Assembly: GCA_964291405.2 (NCBI GenBank)
Contig: OZ219926.1
Span: 288,001 to 352,000 of the forward strand
Source: Thermodesulfobacteriota bacterium
GTDB lineage: Bacteria > Desulfobacterota > Binatia > Bin18
Reading direction: 5' to 3'
Length of the DNA stretch: 64,000 bases
Part shown: piece by piece, positions 40,547 through 50,101 of the stretch
How the letters are laid out: every line of letters begins with the position of its first letter
How positions within the stretch are numbered: the stretch's first letter is position 1
Made by a program: the position numbers and the translations under genes
The notes under the pieces: model-generated
Database searches by the model: none
What the model was told of the DNA's origin: nothing
The model's input: the letters and a program-made list of their open reading frames with translations, nothing else

Positions 40547-41584
40547 CTAGCCAGAATGCCCCTGCTGCAATTCTGCCCGGACCAGCCAAGCCCCATCGGC
40601 AAGGGCCTGCATCTTTCCTCGCGCTGCGGTGCGCGAGCGCGGAATCATACCACAGTCCGTACAGGGATAGAGATGCTCAGGCGCCACATACTGCAACGCT
40701 GTCCGAATACGCGCCGCAACCGTTTCACGCGTTTCCACCTCTTCGGTGCCAACGTCAATAACCCCGACCATCAAATCTTTGCCCTTGGCCTCGGCTAACA
40801 CTGCCGGATTGACGCCAGAGGCGGCACACTCGACTGAGATCATATCAATCGCGCTGGTCCGCAGCAGCGGCAGCGTACGCGCATAATGGCCCCAGTCCGT
40901 GTTCTGGCTCTTCCACTCAACGACCGCAGGGATACCGTATCCATAACAGATATGGACTGCAGTTTTAGCCTGCACCCCTTGAGCGCACTGTTCGAGCGTC
41001 TGGATGCCCCACTCTTCCACCGCATCGAGATAGATATTGAAACACGGCTCGTCGAACTGCACGATATCACACCCGTTCTCTGCCAGCTCACACGCCTCTT
41101 CATTTACCAGCCGCGCCAGTTCGGTCGCCAGCTTCCGGCGCTCCCCGTAGTACTCATCCGCAACCGTATCCGCGATGGTCATCGGACCGGGCAAGGTGAC
41201 TTTGACCGGCTTTGTCGTGTGCTGCTTCATAAAACGAAGCGCCTCAACCAACACCGACCGTGGACGACGCAACTGCTCGACCACCCGGGCGGCCCGGACT
41301 TTGATGCCGTAGCGGTTCCCTCGCGTTTCGATCTCAACCAAACGGCTGAAGTCCAACCCGGTCAGCCCTTCAACGAACCCCCAGATATAATGCCGACGCC
41401 GCTGTTCGCCGTCGGTCACGATATTGAGACCCGCCGCGTCCTGGTCAGCAAGCGCGAGCAGCACAGCATCGTCCTGGCCCTCACTCAGCATATCATCTTG
41501 CAGCTTCCACGAGACATACATGGCGTTCGGGGGAACGAGCCAGGTTGGACGGGGTAAGCTCCCGACAATCATGGTTTGCAGCAT
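40547..41584 (-). CDS. Core (MetE C-terminal-only) cobalamin-independent methionine synthase-like protein, MesD-like
   Basis: VGSLPRP.WL, DGEQRR, LPGPMT, QFDEP, zinc ligands HICYGYG / SVEC / PCTDCG; no N-terminal folate-binding barrel. Confidence 0.85.
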   Translation of the reverse strand: MLQTMIVGSLPRPTWLVPPNAMYVSWKLQDDMLSEGQDDAVLLALADQDAAGLNIVTDGEQRRRHYIWGFVEGLTGLDFSRLVEIETRGNRYGIKVRAARVVEQLRRPRSVLVEALRFMKQHTTKPVKVTLPGPMTIADTVADEYYGERRKLATELARLVNEEACELAENGCDIVQFDEPCFNIYLDAVEEWGIQTLEQCAQGVQAKTAVHICYGYGIPAVVEWKSQNTDWGHYARTLPLLRTSAIDMISVECAASGVNPAVLAEAKGKDLMVGVIDVGTEEVETRETVAARIRTALQYVAPEHLYPCTDCGMIPRSRTAARGKMQALADGAWLVRAELQQGHSG

Positions 41585-42628
41585 CTATAGTTCCTGTTCT
41601 CTGTACCAGCCGAGGGCCTTCATCACCGGCGCGTCAGAAAAAGAGAAAAGAACTGCGTCTACGGACGCCGAGGTATTCTCATGCGCATGACTCGCCCAAG
41701 TTGGGACAGCAAACACATCGCCCGGCCCCCATTCAAGGGTCCTGCCGTTGACAACTGTCTGCCCAGTCCCCTCAACCGTAAGATAGACCTTACTTATACT
41801 TTGCCTACGCGCCTGCGTTTTCTGGCCGGGTCGGAGGCGCTGCAGGAAGCTGGCCATGGTCGCGAGCGACGGGCCGCCTGTTACCGGATTCACATATTCC
41901 AGCGTGGTGCCGTCAAATGGACTGTCAGCGTCTCTGCCGAGGTCTAGCAGCGCGGGGCGTGCCTCGCTCCACGCATATTTGAGTAAAGACGACTGCCCAT
42001 CAGATGGGCGTTGCCAGGTTGGCAGGAGTCCGCCGCGTTTATAGCCGCGCGTTGAGCTATCCTCCGGCTTGGTCAAGTCTTGCGACTCGGTCCGACCGGG
42101 TTCAAAAAATGTTCCGGCCAGCATGCCGGCCAAGGGCAGGTCCAGTCCGTCGAGCCAGACAACGGGTTCCGTGCCTTCACTGCCGTGCTCATGCCACGTC
42201 CAGTTCGGGGTTAAGACAAAATCCCCCGGCTCCATAGGCAGCTTTTCACCATCGACGACCGTATAGGCCCCCTGTCCTTCCATGATGAAACGGAGTGCGT
42301 TGGGTGTGTGCCGGTGGGTTCGCGCGACCTCACCGGGCAGGATGAGCTGAATCCCGGCATACAACGTGTGGGTTGTGGCAACCCGACCTTCGAGCCCTGG
42401 GTTGAGCAGCATGAGCACCCGCCGTTCGGCTTCGGCTGCGGAGACGAGTTCGCCTGAGCGCAGGAGTTGGGGACGCAGGTCTTTCCAGCGCCACAGATAC
42501 GGCTTGACCGGTGTTTCCGGTGTAGGTGTGAGCTGTTTACCAAGCACCTTCCATAGCGGCCCGACATCGTACTGAGACAGACCGGTCAGAAAGGTCTCTA
42601 CTTCGTGCGATTGGGTTGGTTGCGCCAT
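41585..42628 (-). CDS. Gentisate 1,2-dioxygenase-family bicupin
   Basis: AERRVL.L.NPG, LYAGIQLILPGE.A..HRH, TPNWTWHEH, WLDGLD.P, YVNPVTGG and FSFSDAP. Confidence 0.88.
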   Translation of the reverse strand: MAQPTQSHEVETFLTGLSQYDVGPLWKVLGKQLTPTPETPVKPYLWRWKDLRPQLLRSGELVSAAEAERRVLMLLNPGLEGRVATTHTLYAGIQLILPGEVARTHRHTPNALRFIMEGQGAYTVVDGEKLPMEPGDFVLTPNWTWHEHGSEGTEPVVWLDGLDLPLAGMLAGTFFEPGRTESQDLTKPEDSSTRGYKRGGLLPTWQRPSDGQSSLLKYAWSEARPALLDLGRDADSPFDGTTLEYVNPVTGGPSLATMASFLQRLRPGQKTQARRQSISKVYLTVEGTGQTVVNGRTLEWGPGDVFAVPTWASHAHENTSASVDAVLFSFSDAPVMKALGWYREQEL

Positions 42629-42658
42629 AGTGTTGTGCTCAGTTCTCAGCGGTGTCTT

Positions 42659-43018
42659 TTAGTCGGGCGCGGCGATCTCCTCGCACAGCATGACCTGGAA
42701 ATTCAGACCGGCGTATTTTTCATCAGGACCGTGTACGGACCAGCGCTGCGTCCAGCCCTGGGCAAATTTCTGGAGTTCCTCATTCCCCCAGACTTTCTCC
42801 CAGGCTTCCAGATCGTTGATCTCAAGCAGGTCATAGTGCGTAAACTGCACCGTCCCCAGTTTTTCATCCAGCACTTTCCAATTCGCATAGCGCTTGACAC
42901 CTGGAACGCTGTTGAAAAACGGATTATCCACGTCACGGAGCCACTGCTCGTACTCCGCATGATTAACGTGTTCCCCAAGGGTATAGGTCAATAGCAGCAT
43001 TGCTCTGCGTGTGGTCAT
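42659..43018 (-). CDS. RedY/HapK-like (EthD-fold) small protein
   Basis: Y.L...V...EYEQWLR.VD.P..NS.PGV..Y...HYDLLEI dimeric alpha/beta barrel pattern. Confidence 0.6.
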   Translation of the reverse strand: MTTRRAMLLLTYTLGEHVNHAEYEQWLRDVDNPFFNSVPGVKRYANWKVLDEKLGTVQFTHYDLLEINDLEAWEKVWGNEELQKFAQGWTQRWSVHGPDEKYAGLNFQVMLCEEIAAPD

Positions 43019-43042
43019 TTCAAAAGCCTCGTATCAGGCCAG

Positions 43043-43072
43043 ACCATACCGCACCCAGAAGCGTAACGTCAA
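43043..43072 (-). promoter_or_regulatory. Sigma70-type promoter for the RedY-like/dioxygenase/MesD-like operon
   Basis: TTGACG-18 bp-TATGGT on the minus strand. Confidence 0.45.
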
Positions 43073-43119
43073 CGAGGAAGGTATAAGTTGTCGGGGCATA
43101 GCATGCCATATTGGGCGAG

Positions 43120-44016
43120 CTATGCCGCTGGTGGCAGGAGGGCACTCACACTGCTCTGGCGGAGTCGCTCAAAAATAAGCTGGGTCGCTCGGGAGCGATT
43201 CAGGGTGTAGAAGTGAATGCCGGGCGCGCCACCGGCGAGCAGGGCTTCACACTGCTGCCACGCCCAGTCAACCCCGATTTCAAACACCGCGTCACTCTCC
43301 TCAGCGACCGGCTCCAAGCGTTCTTGCAGCGCGAGCGGAATGGATGCCCCGCACATCCGGGTGAAGCGGACGATCTGACGGTAGTTCAGAATGGGCATGA
43401 TGCCAGGAATAATGCGCTGCCGAACCCCAAGCTGTCTCGCCAGCGCCACAAAGTCGAAATAGTCCTGTGCGTCGAAAAACAACTGGGTGGTCACAAAATC
43501 GGCCCCACAGTCCACCTTTGCCTTGAGATGCTGCAAGTCCTGAAGCGCATCCATACTTTCCGGGTGCGCCTCGGGATAGCCCGCAACCCCAATACAAAAG
43601 TCTCCGCTGCGGCGGGCCAGGGCAACCAACTCGGCGGCGTGCGCAAAACCGTTCGGGGCCGGGGTAAACGCGGTTTCGCCGCGGGGCGGGTCACCACGCA
43701 GACACATGAGGTTCTCGACACCACGGTCTTTCAGCTCAAACAGAATATCTCTGAGTTCTGTTTGGCTGTGACCCACACAGGTCAGGTGGGCCATACCGAT
43801 GAGCCCCAGTTCGGCTTGGAAACGACACACCAGATCGATGGTATTCTTTCGTGTCGAACCCCCGGCCCCGTAGGTCACAGAGCAAAAACTGGCCCCCAAC
43901 TTCTGGAGTTCGCGGGCTCGATCAAAGAGCGCCTCTCCATCTTCTGCTGTCTTTGGGGGAAAAAATTCAAACGAAAACGTCTGCGGGTGAGAATCAAAGA
44001 GTCTTCGGATTTTCAT
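43120..44016 (-). CDS. metF: 5,10-methylenetetrahydrofolate reductase
   Basis: SFEFFPPK, SVTYGAGG, AHLTC, LRGDPP, AGYPE.H, TQLFF and HFYTLN. Confidence 0.96.
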   Translation of the reverse strand: MKIRRLFDSHPQTFSFEFFPPKTAEDGEALFDRARELQKLGASFCSVTYGAGGSTRKNTIDLVCRFQAELGLIGMAHLTCVGHSQTELRDILFELKDRGVENLMCLRGDPPRGETAFTPAPNGFAHAAELVALARRSGDFCIGVAGYPEAHPESMDALQDLQHLKAKVDCGADFVTTQLFFDAQDYFDFVALARQLGVRQRIIPGIMPILNYRQIVRFTRMCGASIPLALQERLEPVAEESDAVFEIGVDWAWQQCEALLAGGAPGIHFYTLNRSRATQLIFERLRQSSVSALLPPAA

Positions 44017-44072
44017 GTTCTCCAAGCTGTATTTTCCACCTTTGAGATAAAACTTTTAGTGAGTCATTCGCT

Positions 44073-44101
44073 ATGCTACCAAGCAGCCTGAAACGAGTCA
44101 A
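44073..44101 (-). promoter_or_regulatory. Sigma70-type promoter of metF
   Basis: TTGACT-17 bp-TAGCAT with extended -10 TG. Confidence 0.6.
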
Positions 44102-44197
44102 AGCCGGTCTGCGTCAGGCGTTCTGCCGTTTCACCTTTACAACCCGATCTTTCCCAGTATACGATTCAGCGCGCGTACGGAAAGCAAAGGAGGACTT

Positions 44198-45385
44198 ATG
44201 TACCCGCTGAAAGACCAAGCCTGTATCGTCGGCGTGGGCGAGACCGCTTATACCCGGGGATCGGGGAAAACCGATCTCGTGCTGATGCTCGAAGCCTCAA
44301 TGCACGCCCTGAGCGATGCGGGTCTGAGTCCGCATGACATCGACGGCATTATCCCCCCCCCGCTGCCGTCAACCTCTGAACATTTTGCCGCCAACCTTGG
44401 AGTCGAGGACCTGCGCTATGCGGTCACGGTACACATGGGCGGGGCCAGTCCGGTCACTTCGCTCCAAAGCGCGGCCATGGCAGTTGCCTGCGGGGTAGCG
44501 AAAAATGTCCTCGTGCCGCTGGGCTGGAACGGCTACTCCACGATGCGTGTCCGCGACATGGGCAATAAGAGTAAAGGCAACGGCGGTGGGGGCAGCGGGG
44601 CACCCGGCGCCCTGGCCAACACGATTGGCGAATACTATCTGCCCTATGGGGCCAACGTTCCGGTACAGTGGTACGCTTGGCTCGCCACCCGCCATAAAGA
44701 ACTGTACGGCACCCCGGACGAGGCCATGGGCACCGTGGCGGTCACCTCACGCAAGCATGCCCAACTGAACGATAAAGCCTATATGCAGGGCCGCCCGCTC
44801 AGCATGGAGGACTATCTGAACGCCCGCTGGGTGTCCAAACCCTTTCGGCTGTTTGACTGTTGTCTGGAAACGGATGGGGCTGCCGCAGTGGTCGTGACCT
44901 CGCCGGAACGGGCTCGCGATCTCAAACACGACCCGGTGTATATTTCGGGTATTGCCGAAGGCCACCCCTACCCTGCGGATGACATTCCTGCCCGGCCTGA
45001 TCCGTTTACGATCGGGCTCAGCTTTGCCACGCCAAATGCGCTGCAAATGGCTGAGGTCGATCTCAAAGACCTCGACTTTGCCGAAATCTACGACTGTTTT
45101 ACCTACGTCGTGCTGCTCCAGATGGAAGCGCTCGGGTTGTGCAAACGGGGAGAGGTTGGTGAGTACGCGCGGGGGGACAGATTTACGCTGGACGGCGAAC
45201 TGCCCTTGAATACCCATGGCGGCCTGCATTCCGAAGCGCATGTGTGGGGCATGAATCATATTGTAGAAGCCACCCATCAACTCCGTCATGAAGCCGGTGA
45301 GCGTCAAGTCAAAGACGCCCAACTCGGTCTGGTTACGGGCTGGGGAGATTTTGGTGACGGAAGTCTGGCAATTATGCGCCGATAA
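44198..45385 (+). CDS. Thiolase-like protein (SCP2/Ltp2-type, probable aldolase)
   Basis: Lacks the catalytic Cys (MGGAS); has [12 protein letters not shown] and NTHGG.HSEAH. Confidence 0.88.
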   Translation: MYPLKDQACIVGVGETAYTRGSGKTDLVLMLEASMHALSDAGLSPHDIDGIIPPPLPSTSEHFAANLGVEDLRYAVTVHMGGASPVTSLQSAAMAVACGVAKNVLVPLGWNGYSTMRVRDMGNKSKGNGGGGSGAPGALANTIGEYYLPYGANVPVQWYAWLATRHKELYGTPDEAMGTVAVTSRKHAQLNDKAYMQGRPLSMEDYLNARWVSKPFRLFDCCLETDGAAAVVVTSPERARDLKHDPVYISGIAEGHPYPADDIPARPDPFTIGLSFATPNALQMAEVDLKDLDFAEIYDCFTYVVLLQMEALGLCKRGEVGEYARGDRFTLDGELPLNTHGGLHSEAHVWGMNHIVEATHQLRHEAGERQVKDAQLGLVTGWGDFGDGSLAIMRR

Positions 45386-45401
45386 CAGGAGAGCGGCTAT
45401 C

Positions 45402-45821
45402 ATGGCAGAAACCCAGGAATATCGGCGTCCGGTCCCGAAAATGCGGGGCTTCGCGGCCGAGTTTTACGCGTATTGCAAACAGCACGAACTGCGCTTTCAA
45501 CGCTGCACGAATTGCGGCACTTGGCGCCATGTGCCGCGCGATATGTGCGCCAGGTGCGGCTCGTTTGAATGGGAGTGGGCCAAGTCTTCGGGCAAAGGCA
45601 AACTCTTTTCATGGACGACGGCCATGCAGCCCATGTTGCCGCAGTTTGCCGACTTGGTGCCCTACAGTCCGGTGGTGGTGGAACTGGAAGAAGGAGTCCG
45701 GATGCTCAGCTGGCTGACCGATGTGGAGGACGCTGATTTGCGGCTGGATCTGCCGCTTGAGGTCGTGTTTGACGATGTCACCTCAGAGGTGACTTTACCC
45801 AAATTCAGACGGGCGGGTTGA
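45402..45821 (+). CDS. DUF35 Zn-ribbon / OB-fold protein
   Basis: QRCTNCG...PR..CARCGS, SGKG...WT, PY...VELEEG.R and LPKF. Confidence 0.9.
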   Translation: MAETQEYRRPVPKMRGFAAEFYAYCKQHELRFQRCTNCGTWRHVPRDMCARCGSFEWEWAKSSGKGKLFSWTTAMQPMLPQFADLVPYSPVVVELEEGVRMLSWLTDVEDADLRLDLPLEVVFDDVTSEVTLPKFRRAG

Positions 45822-45848
45822 CCCTCCCTCCAACCGCGAGCATGTCTC

Positions 45849-47012
45849 ATGAACGATTTCCAAGGCTATACCCTGCCCGAAGAACTCACCCTGCTGCAAG
45901 ATCAAATTCGTCGTTTTGTGCGCGAGGAAATTATCCCAGCTGAACAAGCCATTGATCCCGATGCAGCGGACCTGCCCGACGACGTCTATACGCGTCTGTC
46001 AGCCAAAACCAAGGCCGCCGGTCTCTGGTGTCCGGGCGCCCCCAAGGAGTACGGGGGCGGGGGGCTAAACACCTTTAGCATGTCCATCGCCTTGGAAGAG
46101 ATGGCCCAGCATCGCATGGGTTTATACAATCCTGGCTGCGGAACATTTGGACGTTATCCACCGAACCCTATTTATGCCGGTACCCCGGAGCAGATTCAAA
46201 AATATGCCGTGCCCACGCTGAAAAACGGCCTCTACACCTTTTTTGCGATTACTGAACCGAGCGGCGGTTCAGACCCGGCTGGGGCCATTCAAACCCGAGC
46301 CGTACGCGACGGGGACTCGTGGGTGATTAACGGCTCCAAGATTTTCATTTCGCACGCACACGAAGCCGAATGGGGTGTGGTCTTTGTCCGGACCGACCCG
46401 GAAAAAGGCCGCAAAGGCATTAGCTGCTTTATTATTGACAAAGGAACCCCTGGCTTTACTGCCCGCCCGTTTAGGACTATTCGGACTGTCTCACTGCCTA
46501 ACGAGGTCTCATTTGAAGATTGCCGGGTGCCGGCCGAAAATATGATCGGTGGAGAAGGCCAGGGACTCTACCTCTGCTTTGATCTGCTGACCAAAGCGCG
46601 CTTTCCCTACTCGGCCGCAAACCTCGGGGTTGCCGTGGCTGCCCATCGGATGGCGATCGAACACGCCAAGCAGCGGGAAACGTTTGGCGAGCTCTTGAGC
46701 CGGCGCCAGGCGATTCAGTGGATGCTGGCCGATGCGGAAGTTGAGTTGCGCGCAACGCGCCTGCTCATCTGGGACGGTGCCTGGAAAGCCGACCGCGGAG
46801 AAGATGCGCGCGTTGAAGCCTCAATAGCCAAACTGTATTCGAGCGAGGTCTTGGGCCGTGTAATCGATAACGCCGTCCAGATTCATGGCGGCTATGGCGT
46901 ATCAAAAGAGTTTCCGCTGGAACGCTGGTATCGTGAGGCCCGAGTCCGACGCATTGGAGAAGGGCCATCCGAGGTCCACCGTATGGTGATTGCGCGGGCC
47001 TTATTGCGTTAG
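45849..47012 (+). CDS. Acyl-CoA dehydrogenase
   Basis: FAITEP.GGSD, INGSKIFIS, RETFG, AVQIHGGYG and RIGEGPSE. Confidence 0.93.
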   Translation: MNDFQGYTLPEELTLLQDQIRRFVREEIIPAEQAIDPDAADLPDDVYTRLSAKTKAAGLWCPGAPKEYGGGGLNTFSMSIALEEMAQHRMGLYNPGCGTFGRYPPNPIYAGTPEQIQKYAVPTLKNGLYTFFAITEPSGGSDPAGAIQTRAVRDGDSWVINGSKIFISHAHEAEWGVVFVRTDPEKGRKGISCFIIDKGTPGFTARPFRTIRTVSLPNEVSFEDCRVPAENMIGGEGQGLYLCFDLLTKARFPYSAANLGVAVAAHRMAIEHAKQRETFGELLSRRQAIQWMLADAEVELRATRLLIWDGAWKADRGEDARVEASIAKLYSSEVLGRVIDNAVQIHGGYGVSKEFPLERWYREARVRRIGEGPSEVHRMVIARALLR

Positions 47013-47048
47013 CACAGAACCTTGTTCGCACAGAGAAACCCCAGAGAG

Positions 47049-48617
47049 ATGCGCGCTACTCGGACGCGTCCCACCGCGGTCCCCGCAGATTCGCCCTTAT
47101 ACCGATGCCGCTCTTTATTCAGACTCGCCTTTATCCTGGCGGCCGGCGCCCTGGGGATCGTTATCTTTGCATTCCCACAGAATGTCCGAGCGCAGCCTGC
47201 TCCGGAGACGCTCAAGCACTTGCTTCAACAACATCAGCTAGACCCCCAGGACGTTGGCTACCACCTGTTTCGTCTGACAGACGGCCAGGTTGTTGATACC
47301 TATGACGCTGACACGCCCCGCATCCCGGCTTCAACCACGAAACTCATCACCGCCCTCGCAGCTCTAGAAATTTTAGGGGGGGCCTATCGATTTAAGACTC
47401 GCTTGCTCGTAAGCGGAGAAGTACACGAGTCCACCCTGCACGGAGACCTCTATCTGGTCGGGGGTGGAGATCCGACGTTATCGACGAATGATCTCCAAGG
47501 CTTTGTTGACACCCTAAAAGCCGCCGGCATTACCCAAGTGAGGGGACGGTTTGCTTTTGATGAAAGCTTTCTCACAACGACGCAGGAGATTAATCCCAAG
47601 CAACCGGCCGCAGCCGCGTATAACCCCAGTGTGAGCGCCCTCTCGCTTAACTACAACCGTGTTCAGTTACGCTGGAAGGGCAGGCCCGGAGCCAAGAATT
47701 TTCAGACTTGGCTGCGGTCGCCGGCGGACGGTATTTTTCTTCCAGTTGCCGACGTCAGTACTGGGCTGATTCCCATAGGCGCGCAATCCGATACCCCCAT
47801 TCTCCTTGATGGAGGGAACACGGACCACTGGCTGCTCTCGCGTCAGCTTCCGGCACGAGGTTTCAAAGAACTTCCGATCAGGCGCGCCCCAGGAAAGGTC
47901 GCGGCCTCTCTGTTTCGTACCTACTGTCTGCAACGGGGTATTACCCTGCCCCTGCCCCAAGCCGCTCCGGCCCCAACCAACACACGCCTCCTCTATACTC
48001 ATTACAGTAAACCCCTGCCGGAAATTCTGAGTGGGATGCTATTCCACAGCAATAATCTGTCCGCCGAACTCGTCGGCCTCGTCACCTCACGCACGCTAAG
48101 AGACCTCCCGTTATCCATTACAGACTCAGCAGCACTGTTGACAGACTGGTATCAGCGTCGTCTTCCGCGGACAGACTGGAGCGGATTTGTGAGCATGAAC
48201 CATTCAGGACTGAGCAGCATGTCTCGCCATTCACCGCGCCATCTCACCACAATACTCTATAATGGAGCGACCCTCACATCCGGACAAACCGGGTACGACG
48301 GGCCGGAGACGCCCCCTCCTTTACTCGACCTCCTGCCGCATCCGGAGTGGAAGAACGAGTGGGCGGAACTCGGGGAAAAAGTGCGGGCCAAGTCAGGCAC
48401 GATGAGCTATGTAGATAGTCTGACCGGTATCCTGACAACACGCAAAGGCCGCCAGTTAGGCTTCGCCCTCCTCCTGACAGACTTTGCCAGACGAGCGGCA
48501 TTTGATGCGGCCCGTCATGCCGAGAAAGTCCAAACGCCCCCAGAAGCAGAGGCGTGGACTGAGCGGGCCAAAGCGTTTGAGCAGGCCTTGCTCTCATATT
48601 GGAGACGCACTTATTGA
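47049..48617 (+). CDS. dacB: D-alanyl-D-alanine carboxypeptidase/endopeptidase (PBP4, peptidase S13)
   Basis: PASTTK (SxxK), GGGDP, SNN, SGLS and AKSGT; start uncertain. Confidence 0.88.
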   Translation: MRATRTRPTAVPADSPLYRCRSLFRLAFILAAGALGIVIFAFPQNVRAQPAPETLKHLLQQHQLDPQDVGYHLFRLTDGQVVDTYDADTPRIPASTTKLITALAALEILGGAYRFKTRLLVSGEVHESTLHGDLYLVGGGDPTLSTNDLQGFVDTLKAAGITQVRGRFAFDESFLTTTQEINPKQPAAAAYNPSVSALSLNYNRVQLRWKGRPGAKNFQTWLRSPADGIFLPVADVSTGLIPIGAQSDTPILLDGGNTDHWLLSRQLPARGFKELPIRRAPGKVAASLFRTYCLQRGITLPLPQAAPAPTNTRLLYTHYSKPLPEILSGMLFHSNNLSAELVGLVTSRTLRDLPLSITDSAALLTDWYQRRLPRTDWSGFVSMNHSGLSSMSRHSPRHLTTILYNGATLTSGQTGYDGPETPPPLLDLLPHPEWKNEWAELGEKVRAKSGTMSYVDSLTGILTTRKGRQLGFALLLTDFARRAAFDAARHAEKVQTPPEAEAWTERAKAFEQALLSYWRRTY

Positions 48618-48667
48618 CGATTCAGTCGGTTGACTGGTCGACAATCTTGAACAGTCTTTGGGAGCAG

Positions 48668-50038
48668 TCAGAGCTGCAACGGGATCAGGAACATCGCTAC
48701 CAGATTGAACACGACCAGAAATCCGGCCAGAAGCAGACAGTAGCCCATAATGTCGCCAAAGCGCAGCCCGGCAACGGTGAGAATGGGAATCGCCCAGAAC
48801 GGTTGCAACAGATTGGTCGTCATATCTCCATACGCATAGCTCAGGGTGACGGTTGGGATGGAGAGTCCCAAGGTCTGTCCGGCCGGGATGAGATAGGAGG
48901 CTTCAACGATCCATTTCGATCCGCCCGACGGCACGAAATAGTTCAGCACCCCGGAATACAGATACACAATGGAGGGAAAGGTGCGCGGTGAACTGGCGTC
49001 AATGAAAAAGGCCGTCAGCACCTCACCCAGAGCCGTATATGACATCAGTCCGAAAATTCCTGCGTACAACGGATATTGGATGACGATCCCCCAGGTGTTG
49101 CGAATCCCTTGTTCACAGGCGTGTAAAAAGGACTTGGGGTACCAGTGCAGGAGAAGACCCAAAGCCAGGAAAATGAGATTGTAGTTGTCAATCGTCCAGG
49201 TCTGGCCAAAACCTTTTTCGAGAATCTGAAGCCCGAAGTAGAGCAGCATGGCGCTGCTGGCAATCAGAGACCAGCCGGGCCACCATTCCATTTTCTCTGC
49301 CGGGCGTGTCGCATCCGGTTTCTGTATGGGTTGGTTCAACGCTTCCAAACGATCGGCCTGTTCGGCTGAGGCAGTCACCGCGTCCGCTGCTGGCGGGACG
49401 AGAATGGCCGCAACGAAAATGCCCACCAGCCCGGCCACAAGCGCGTACCATAAATTAAATGTAGCGAACATGGTCTGCGTGGTCGGAATGGTTTCCGATA
49501 AGATTCCAGCCTGGATGAGGAAATTATCCGGCGTGGCAATAATGAGCGGAGCCGAGCCAGACAGGCCGGTATGCCACACGGTTCCGACACCGAGATAGGC
49601 ACAGGTTACGAGCAGGCGGAAGTCCACGCGCGGGTTAGCGCGCACAATAAAAGGGAGAAACGCCGCCGAAATGACCAGACACAAGGCCCAGTTGAGCCAG
49701 GCGGTGATGGTCGAAAATACAGCCATGAGGATGATTGCCTGGCGCGGCTTGTCAGGGTCAGGACGCGAGGCTAGCCACACGAACACCCGCTTGAGCGGCG
49801 GGGAGACGGCGCAGGCGTACGCCACGACCATCATGACGGTAAACTGCATGGTGAGACTGAGCAGGGCCCACAAGCCATCTCCCCACGCGGTCAAAACTGT
49901 TGCAGGTGAAGCGCCCCCGACCGTGAGGGCGAGGAGGGCCACCACGAGCGTCAACATGACGGCAATGACCCACGAGTCGGGTATCCAGCGCTCCGTCCAG
50001 CGCGTCAGGCTCATACCCCAGCGGGCCAACCATCCCAT
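48668..50038 (-). CDS. atoE: Short-chain fatty acid transporter (AtoE family)
   Basis: ERWIPD, WG.G.W.L, GLSGSAPL, QYPLYAGI, FVPSGG.KW and NLLQPFWAIP. Confidence 0.9.
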   Translation of the reverse strand: MGWLARWGMSLTRWTERWIPDSWVIAVMLTLVVALLALTVGGASPATVLTAWGDGLWALLSLTMQFTVMMVVAYACAVSPPLKRVFVWLASRPDPDKPRQAIILMAVFSTITAWLNWALCLVISAAFLPFIVRANPRVDFRLLVTCAYLGVGTVWHTGLSGSAPLIIATPDNFLIQAGILSETIPTTQTMFATFNLWYALVAGLVGIFVAAILVPPAADAVTASAEQADRLEALNQPIQKPDATRPAEKMEWWPGWSLIASSAMLLYFGLQILEKGFGQTWTIDNYNLIFLALGLLLHWYPKSFLHACEQGIRNTWGIVIQYPLYAGIFGLMSYTALGEVLTAFFIDASSPRTFPSIVYLYSGVLNYFVPSGGSKWIVEASYLIPAGQTLGLSIPTVTLSYAYGDMTTNLLQPFWAIPILTVAGLRFGDIMGYCLLLAGFLVVFNLVAMFLIPLQL

Positions 50039-50101
50039 TATGATACTCCGTTATGCCCTCTCGTTCGTCGGGCGGTGAGCGCTCGTCAGCGGCTCTGCCA
50101 C

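Noticed and set aside
44017-44072. SAM riboswitch upstream of metF
   Set aside because: Predicted leader is only about 50 nt and shows no SAM-I/II/III-like structure.
43111-44091. 326-aa plus-strand ORF
   Set aside because: Antisense shadow of metF, with no recognisable motifs.
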